Notes under the pieces: generated by a model
Databases searched by the model: none
Told to the model about the DNA's origin: nothing
What the model saw: the letters and a program-made list of their open reading frames with translations, nothing else
Part shown: piece by piece, positions 1-6,239 of the stretch
Position numbering within the stretch: position 1 is the stretch's first letter
Layout: each line of letters starts with the position of its first letter
Translations under genes and position numbers: made by a program
Source of the DNA: a virus
Reading direction: 5' to 3' (one strand)
Virus record (IMG/VR): IMGVR_UViG_3300032246_003079
Length of the DNA stretch: 64,000 nt

Positions 1-83
1 CCAACTCCAGTACGGTCGCTAGGGACGCATAGAACCCTAATTTTTTTGCGAACGTCTGGAGTTGGATTGCTCTCTTGATTCAT
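1..83 (-). CDS. Partial CDS (N-terminus only, runs off window); possible glycosyltransferase
   Basis: ATG at 83 gives MNQESNPTPDVRKKIRVLCVPSDRTGVG..., open to the window edge. The hydrophobic strand followed by D-x-x-G-x-G resembles the start of GT-B-fold phage glycosyltransferases. Only 27 codons are visible. Confidence 0.4.
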   Translation of the reverse strand, partial: MNQESNPTPDVRKKIRVLCVPSDRTGV

Positions 84-438
84 GTTTTTTTATTAAGTTA
101 TTTATTATTTGTGGGTTTGATTTCAATTCAGACTCCCACACCACTTCAAAAAAATAACCATTACTTTTTATTAAGTCAATTTTATTATTATCATATTCCC
201 ATAATTCTTGTGCGGTTTTTTTCTTTACTTGGTGATAATAACTTGCGTCGTATTTTTTTGGGTTACAATGCCAATAATCTCCATTATATTCAATAATTAA
301 ATTTAATTTAGGTATATATATGTCACATATTTTTGTGTCAATTTTTAATGAATGTTTTACTTGGTAACCCATATTTTTTATTTCTTCCAATATTTCTTTC
401 TCTTTTTTAGACCTATTAATTGATTTTATTTTTCCCAT
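37..438 (-). CDS. Vsr/DUF559-like (PD-(D/E)xK) endonuclease, free-standing homing-endonuclease type
   Basis: Motifs S-x-x-E-x-x-I, CDIYIP-x-x-NLIIEYNGDYWH and K-x(5)-NGY-x(3)-VVWE; 133 aa. Confidence 0.7.
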   Translation of the reverse strand: MGKIKSINRSKKEKEILEEIKNMGYQVKHSLKIDTKICDIYIPKLNLIIEYNGDYWHCNPKKYDASYYHQVKKKTAQELWEYDNNKIDLIKSNGYFFEVVWESELKSNPQIINNLIKKHESREQSNSRRSQKN

Positions 439-477
439 AATATGATTAATAGTCCCGACCTATCAAAAGGTAATAAA

Positions 478-506
478 ATAAAAAATCCACCTAAAATAGG
501 TGGATT
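478..506 (-). terminator. Intrinsic terminator of the minus-strand 530-3031 cluster
   Basis: 10-bp stem AATCCACCTA/TAGGTGGATT (484-506) followed by a T-run on the minus strand. Confidence 0.75.
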
Positions 507-529
507 GCATTTTTTGATTTTATTTAAGG

Positions 530-1165
530 TTATTTTACTTTTTGAATTTTTGTAACTCTACCTAAAAATATGTGCTTACCAACTTTAAATTGGATTGATT
601 CGTTAGCATCTTCAGATGATTCACTAATGACACCCGCATCTTGTAATTCTTCTCTAATAACATCTCTTACAACATCTCTTACCACATCTCTAATTATTGT
701 TTTCATTTCATTCATGTTGAATTGTGATTGTGTGTTTTGAGTTGTTGTTTTGGTGTTTGATTTTGGTAATGATTCGGATGGTTGTGAGTTTTTATTCTCC
801 ATCTTCATTAGTCTTTGAGCCCCCTCGATTATATCATCAGATATAGACGCACTTGACATAGTATTAGGTTGTACAATAGGTCTTTCAATCATTAATTTTT
901 TAATTTCATCTGGTAGTTTTGAATTTAAAATTTTTGATTCTTCAATCGGTTTTGTTGGGTCGTAATTTGATTTTTGACTTGTCGACGGACTTTCAGACAA
1001 AAATTCTTGAGGTAAATTATACGTTGCTTGAGGAGTATTAAAACTCTCTAACATTGGTGCTGCATTAATATTTTGTGGAATTTCACCTCTTTTTATTGTG
1101 CTCTGTCTGTCCATAATTTTTTTGGACACGGCCAATCTTTGCATTAATTCTTCTGCTGATGACAT
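530..1165 (-). CDS. Hypothetical phage protein
   Basis: 211-aa ORF, tightly packed; RDVVRDVVRDVIREEL micro-repeat. Confidence 0.75.
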   Translation of the reverse strand: MSSAEELMQRLAVSKKIMDRQSTIKRGEIPQNINAAPMLESFNTPQATYNLPQEFLSESPSTSQKSNYDPTKPIEESKILNSKLPDEIKKLMIERPIVQPNTMSSASISDDIIEGAQRLMKMENKNSQPSESLPKSNTKTTTQNTQSQFNMNEMKTIIRDVVRDVVRDVIREELQDAGVISESSEDANESIQFKVGKHIFLGRVTKIQKVK

Positions 1166-1178
1166 ATTTTTTTATTTT

Positions 1179-1568
1179 TTATTCATTATCAAATTTAGCG
1201 TTAACTAAAACTCTAATCATTGATTTATCACCTTGTGGATTATAGTTAGGTCTAACTTCATCAAAGTTATCAAAGGAGGGTTTATATGTAAAGATTTTAT
1301 CTACTCTAAATAATCTCCAACCTGGTAAAACATTACCTTTATTTTGTGCACTGTAGGAAGCACCTTCTCTTTCCCACGCTCTTAAAACCATATTATCTCT
1401 TTTTGAAAATCCTAAACACACAGGCTCTATTGTTCTATATCCTTTACCACCATTATCATTACCATCATAGTAAATTGTTACCACGTTTCTTTTTTTAATA
1501 GAATCCGTCATGTCAGAAATCGCAGCAATTTCTGTAATCAATTCACTAAGATTGTTGACTAATTTCAT
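1179..1568 (-). CDS. Stand-alone WYL-domain protein
   Basis: VTIYY...RTIEPVCLG...VLRAW...GWRLFRVDKI matches the WYL-domain pattern; no HTH domain. Confidence 0.75.
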   Translation of the reverse strand: MKLVNNLSELITEIAAISDMTDSIKKRNVVTIYYDGNDNGGKGYRTIEPVCLGFSKRDNMVLRAWEREGASYSAQNKGNVLPGWRLFRVDKIFTYKPSFDNFDEVRPNYNPQGDKSMIRVLVNAKFDNE

Positions 1569-1858
1569 TGTGGAACGTAATAAGGATTTTTTTCTGAAAA
1601 TTTATTACTTTTCAAATCGTCTTTTCTTTCAAATCTATCAAGTGCTGTTCCTGCATTTTGATTGTATATATCTAAATCACCACCAGTACCTCTACCTTTA
1701 CCGTCACCATCTGCTAATGCTGCAGGATTAACGCTTGAATAAGGATTAACTTCCTTGAAATCATTACGAGCAAACATTTTTCTTCTTTGTTCTTCAGCAA
1801 TTTTTGACAATGTGTTGTCAGGTTGCGAAAAATCTAATTTATCTGATTGAACTGCCAT
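1565..1858 (-). CDS. Hypothetical phage protein
   Basis: 97-aa ORF overlapping both neighbours (translational coupling); DGDGKGRGTG motif. Confidence 0.7.
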   Translation of the reverse strand: MAVQSDKLDFSQPDNTLSKIAEEQRRKMFARNDFKEVNPYSSVNPAALADGDGKGRGTGGDLDIYNQNAGTALDRFERKDDLKSNKFSEKNPYYVPQ

Positions 1859-2322
1859 TACAATATTTTTTTAATTAAATCGTTTATTTTTTTAACTTCT
1901 TCTTTTATTGATGTATCAAATTTATTTCCCCCCTTTTCATGTCTTTTACTTGGTATTAAATTAATGCCATTTTTTTCATGAGTGTCGTTAAACTGGTTTT
2001 GCATTCCCGTATCACTTTTAACTTTTTTTCCACTTTCAACACTGTTTCTCCATGTTTTTAAAACCTCATCACACCAAGATTTCATTCTATCGCCACCGTT
2101 TAAAATAAAAGGGGCATCTTTTTTATTTCCGTTGTAACCGTCAAACCAATTTTTTATTCTTTTTATTTGTTGGTATGTTGCAACTTTTTTTTCACGCAAT
2201 TCTTTATTTCTATTATACCCTTCAGTTCCTTCGTCACCATCTGTCGAACTAAAACATTGTTCTAAATGTTTTAACAATGTATCGGGTACAACTGCCTTTC
2301 TATCGTATAATGAACTATTCAT
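1858..2322 (-). CDS. Hypothetical phage protein
   Basis: 154-aa ORF coupled to its neighbours. Confidence 0.7.
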   Translation of the reverse strand: MNSSLYDRKAVVPDTLLKHLEQCFSSTDGDEGTEGYNRNKELREKKVATYQQIKRIKNWFDGYNGNKKDAPFILNGGDRMKSWCDEVLKTWRNSVESGKKVKSDTGMQNQFNDTHEKNGINLIPSKRHEKGGNKFDTSIKEEVKKINDLIKKIL

Positions 2323-3031
2323 CTTTTAACATATAAATTAATTCTTGAAGAGAAATGTTGTTGTCATTTGCCATTTTTTTAAGGGCTTTTACATTTTTTT
2401 TAATTAAATCACCAATGACACCATCGTCAGATTTTCTTGATTTGTCTAATAAAATTTCCTCATCTAATTCCAATTCTTTTAGTATTTCTCTATCTATAAA
2501 CCCTTTTTTCTTTTTTATTTGTGGAGGTGTTTTTTTATCTAACCCTTTTTTCTTTCCTTGGTCTAATGTTCTTACTTTTGCGTTTTGTGGTTTTAACTTT
2601 AATTCTTTTTTGAAAAATTTCTCTGTTTCTTTTGCATCCATAAATTTTGTGTCTTCGAAACCAAAAGCCTTCGACATGTCAATTTCTTTTACGTGACCTT
2701 CACCATAATAACCATACCAACCCCTTAAAAGTGGGTCTCTTGGGTTTTTACTCATAGAAACAATTTTATCTGTAGTTGTCGGGTTGTTTTTTGTTCCTGT
2801 CGTTGCAGGATTCAAAATAGGTATAGAAGATGATTTCCAAGTTCCATCATCATCTACCAATTCTGTAACCTCACCATCTGAGTTTTTTGTTTTTTTTGTG
2901 AAAATTTCATGACTCTTACAAGGCATAAAAATCTTCTTACCTTTTTCTGTATGTTGGTGTGAACCTGTACATCCTAAAGTCTTAGCAACTCTTTCTGCTC
3001 TTTCTTTTGTAGAATATTTATAAGTTTTCAT
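2315..3031 (-). CDS. Hypothetical protein with N-terminal Cys/His motif
   Basis: 238 aa; GCTGSHQH...FMPCKSH; preceded by TATTTATA. Confidence 0.7.
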   Translation of the reverse strand: MKTYKYSTKERAERVAKTLGCTGSHQHTEKGKKIFMPCKSHEIFTKKTKNSDGEVTELVDDDGTWKSSSIPILNPATTGTKNNPTTTDKIVSMSKNPRDPLLRGWYGYYGEGHVKEIDMSKAFGFEDTKFMDAKETEKFFKKELKLKPQNAKVRTLDQGKKKGLDKKTPPQIKKKKGFIDREILKELELDEEILLDKSRKSDDGVIGDLIKKNVKALKKMANDNNISLQELIYMLKDE

Positions 3032-3044
3032 TTAATACTTTTTA

Positions 3045-3072
3045 TATAAATATCTTCTGTTAAAGTATTTAT
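3045..3072. promoter_or_regulatory. Back-to-back TATTTAT(A) late-gene motifs serving divergent genes
   Basis: TATTTATA on the minus strand (3045-3052) and TATTTAT on the plus strand (3066-3072), each 8-13 nt before an ATG. Confidence 0.65.
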
Positions 3073-3080
3073 TAATAAAA

Positions 3081-5777
3081 ATGCCAAGTCAAAGTATTAA
3101 TTCATATTTTACACCAAAATATTCCCAAAAATTAAATTTTGCGAACTATTTTGATTTTACACTTGTCGGAGATGAAAAAGACTACGATGAAGAAGTGGTA
3201 TTCTCTAACGAACTCATTGCATACAATGACGGAAATAGACTTCCAATTTTATTTGATTTAGGGGATTCCAACACTTGTCCTCAAATACCTATGTTATTTA
3301 ATAACTTTTATATCAACGCCACATTAGTTAGTAAAAATTATTACAACCCTAATAATGTTGATTTAAATTGTATATCGGCATTTACAGGAACTTGTGACGT
3401 GGGATTAGTGGGTACAGATAATGGGTTGTTTACATCTTTAACTGGTCAAACTTTGTACTATACAATGGGAATTAGAAACGATTTTAAATTTAATCCCTAT
3501 TATTATGATAGACGTATGAAGATGCATATGGTTACGGGTTATACTAATCCACCAAATGTGGTTTTTTCAGGAAGACCTAAGCAATCTATGTATAATATTG
3601 TGTCAAAATTTAACCAAAAGGTCGGTTATTATCAAGAACTATATGGTGGGTTTTATCAAGGATTTTATAAACTTTTTGGTTATGACTATGAAGTTTTTCC
3701 TGAACGAGTAAATAAAGGTTGGACTATGGAGACGGTTATAAAACCAAGAAACATAGAAGAATACGGAATTAATACTTTAACACAAGAATACTTAAATACA
3801 AAATACCCAAGTAATTCCGGTACTTTTTTCTATTTTGGGACAAGAGCCGAAAACAAATTTTATCATTACGCAAGTGGTAGTCCTGAATCTGATTCAGGAT
3901 ATACTAGAAGTACAATAGGTTTAGGTAGTTTAAGTAGTTGTACTTGTTATCAAACGGGATATACAAATGCAAATTGTGTAAAATTATACCCCACAAGTTC
4001 AACTACAGCGTATCATAATATTGGGTGTAATTGCGGAGCTTGCACGGAACAAATTCCAAACCCTCCTTTAGACCCCAAGTTCGATGTATTATCAAATGGA
4101 TTATCAATGAGATTTAGTGGTTGCCCTTTAAATCCAAGTTTATGTGTAAAATACATAAAAATTACAGGAGATTGTGTTACAACAGGTGTTTGTGAAACTA
4201 CTGGTGTTACTTTTCAAACAGGATATACAATTACAGAAGTGTGCACCCCCCCAATTTATGAAATTTGTGATTACATTTGTGGTACAATAACTGAAGACAG
4301 ATGGGTAATGGTTACGGCAGTTTTTGAAAGATATACAACAATGGAAGAGTGTGATTTATTAAATCTTGGTGGTTTAGGGGATATAAGAGAGGTAACTTAC
4401 CAATCTATTTTAAACGGGACTGCATATAATTTGATTATGCCACCTGAAACACATTCTGGTGACACAAAAGAAAATAAAGTTTATAGAATTGTTTTTGACC
4501 ATAAATGGTTTGATGATACTTGGTATAGATTAGGAAGACTAAAATTATATATTAACGGTCACTTATTCACTATAATTGAAAACTTTGAAGAAATAATTCC
4601 AAGAGAATTAAATTGTGAAAAAGAAAAACAAATCGGAGTACCATTTAATATTTCTTGGGGTGGAGGTAGTCAAGGATTACACGACAATTTAATATTTGAT
4701 TCTTGTCAACAATGGTCTTGGTCTGTTGGTAATATTGACACAAATTTAATTTATACAAATTGTAGCGGGAGTATAATAACATTATCAGGTTTGACGGGAC
4801 AATCAAATACAATTACTGTAGAATATGGTTCAATACCTTACTTTACATCGGCATCAACTGCTAGTACTTTAACCTTTATTGGTGATTATATACCTTTGAG
4901 TGGTCCTTACATACAAGACCCTGAATTATTTCCAGATGAAATTTTATCAGCAACTTCTTTAAATTCTTTATCGACAAATATTTTAGTTGAACAAAATTTT
5001 GGAGGTTCATTTATGGGTGGTATATCACAGTTTAGAATGTATACTGAACCTTTTGCAAGTCCTCAAGTGCAACACAACTTTAGAATTTTAAAAGATAAAT
5101 TTAATTTGTTTGATTATTGGTGTCCTAATTGTTTGTCTCCTGCTCCGACCCCAACTCCTACGCCTACTCCGACACCCACTCCGACACCGACCCCAACTCC
5201 TACACCTACACCAACCCCTACACCTGCAAATATACTTGCAGTGGCAATACCGTGTTTAGGTGAATCTGAAGCGGAAGTTATTTCAATACCTCCACAATAT
5301 CAAAATCTTGACATATACTATGTTGTTGGTGGAACAAATGGTCAATGTTATATTGTTGCAGGTCCATCTGCAGGGCCTCAAACCGTGACATGGAACGGTC
5401 AAGTTTATGGTCAAAACGCAGATTGCTCGTTATGTCCTCCTGCTCCGACACCAATACCTTGCTTAGCAACACACCCGTACTTATCTTCATATTTAAGTTT
5501 TTCTACCAATCAATACGGTAATTTTTCAAATAGCTATTCGTTGGCTTGTAGTTCGTTGTTGTGTTTATCTGCCGGAACATGTAATACCAACGGAGCAATT
5601 AATCCTATGCATATTGATACTCCACAAATTCAAGTTGGTACGGTGTTCTATAGTGGACCTACGACATGTAATTACTATGGTATGACAGGATTTTATATCG
5701 CACAAAACGGAGCAAACTATGTATTAATAAGTATTTCGAATGGAATTGTTACTCAAGTATTAAATAATTGTTCATAA
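3081..5777 (+). CDS. Cys-rich virion structural protein (LamG/ConA-like core, Pro-Thr linker, C-terminal small domains)
   Basis: 898 aa; WVMVTAVF, LKLYING and FMGGISQFRMY are LamG-like strands; about 32 Cys; (PT)n linker. Confidence 0.6.
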   Translation: MPSQSINSYFTPKYSQKLNFANYFDFTLVGDEKDYDEEVVFSNELIAYNDGNRLPILFDLGDSNTCPQIPMLFNNFYINATLVSKNYYNPNNVDLNCISAFTGTCDVGLVGTDNGLFTSLTGQTLYYTMGIRNDFKFNPYYYDRRMKMHMVTGYTNPPNVVFSGRPKQSMYNIVSKFNQKVGYYQELYGGFYQGFYKLFGYDYEVFPERVNKGWTMETVIKPRNIEEYGINTLTQEYLNTKYPSNSGTFFYFGTRAENKFYHYASGSPESDSGYTRSTIGLGSLSSCTCYQTGYTNANCVKLYPTSSTTAYHNIGCNCGACTEQIPNPPLDPKFDVLSNGLSMRFSGCPLNPSLCVKYIKITGDCVTTGVCETTGVTFQTGYTITEVCTPPIYEICDYICGTITEDRWVMVTAVFERYTTMEECDLLNLGGLGDIREVTYQSILNGTAYNLIMPPETHSGDTKENKVYRIVFDHKWFDDTWYRLGRLKLYINGHLFTIIENFEEIIPRELNCEKEKQIGVPFNISWGGGSQGLHDNLIFDSCQQWSWSVGNIDTNLIYTNCSGSIITLSGLTGQSNTITVEYGSIPYFTSASTASTLTFIGDYIPLSGPYIQDPELFPDEILSATSLNSLSTNILVEQNFGGSFMGGISQFRMYTEPFASPQVQHNFRILKDKFNLFDYWCPNCLSPAPTPTPTPTPTPTPTPTPTPTPTPTPTPANILAVAIPCLGESEAEVISIPPQYQNLDIYYVVGGTNGQCYIVAGPSAGPQTVTWNGQVYGQNADCSLCPPAPTPIPCLATHPYLSSYLSFSTNQYGNFSNSYSLACSSLLCLSAGTCNTNGAINPMHIDTPQIQVGTVFYSGPTTCNYYGMTGFYIAQNGANYVLISISNGIVTQVLNNCS
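5139..5228 (+). repeat. Pro-Thr coding repeat (about 13-14 PT units)
   Basis: CCN-ACN hexamer repeat encoding PAPTPTPT...PTPA. Confidence 0.9.
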
Positions 5778-5795
5778 ACTACATAAGAAGAAAAA

Positions 5796-6149
5796 ATGGA
5801 ATTTTTTATAAATCAAAACTCTACATTACCAATTTTAAAAATGGAACCAGTCGTGGACGGTAGAAGTGACTCTTATAAAAATATTATAGAAATTTTAGAT
5901 AATGCGATTATTCGTTTTTCAATGAAAGACGAAAAAAATGGAATACAAAAAATATTCATGAAACAAGCTTATATTGTCGAGAAATTAAAAAATAACCCCG
6001 ATAGTCCAACTGAATATTATTTATACTACAAATGGACTGCGAACGATACAAAAATAAAAGGTAGGTTTATAGGTGAATTTTCCATAGTTTTACAAAATGG
6101 AGAATTGATTTCACCAATTAGAGAAAATCTTTATATAAACATCGTTTGA
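5796..6149 (+). CDS. BppU-N-like Ig-fold structural protein
   Basis: 117 aa; FFINQNSTLP-x-L and YKW-x-x-x-DT-x-x-x-GRF-x-GEF pattern. Confidence 0.5.
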   Translation: MEFFINQNSTLPILKMEPVVDGRSDSYKNIIEILDNAIIRFSMKDEKNGIQKIFMKQAYIVEKLKNNPDSPTEYYLYYKWTANDTKIKGRFIGEFSIVLQNGELISPIRENLYINIV

Positions 6150-6175
6150 CATTAAGACAAGACATTTTTATATTT
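6145..6175 (+). promoter_or_regulatory. Host-RNAP (early/middle) promoter of the DNA polymerase gene
   Basis: TTGACA (6146-6151)-N17-TATATT; also fits Bacteroidota-like TTTG-N20-TAnnTTT. Confidence 0.6.
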
Positions 6176-6239
6176 ATTAAAAAAGGGAAACCACAACATA
6201 GTTTGTGAGAATAATAACCCAAAATTAATAATATAAAAT

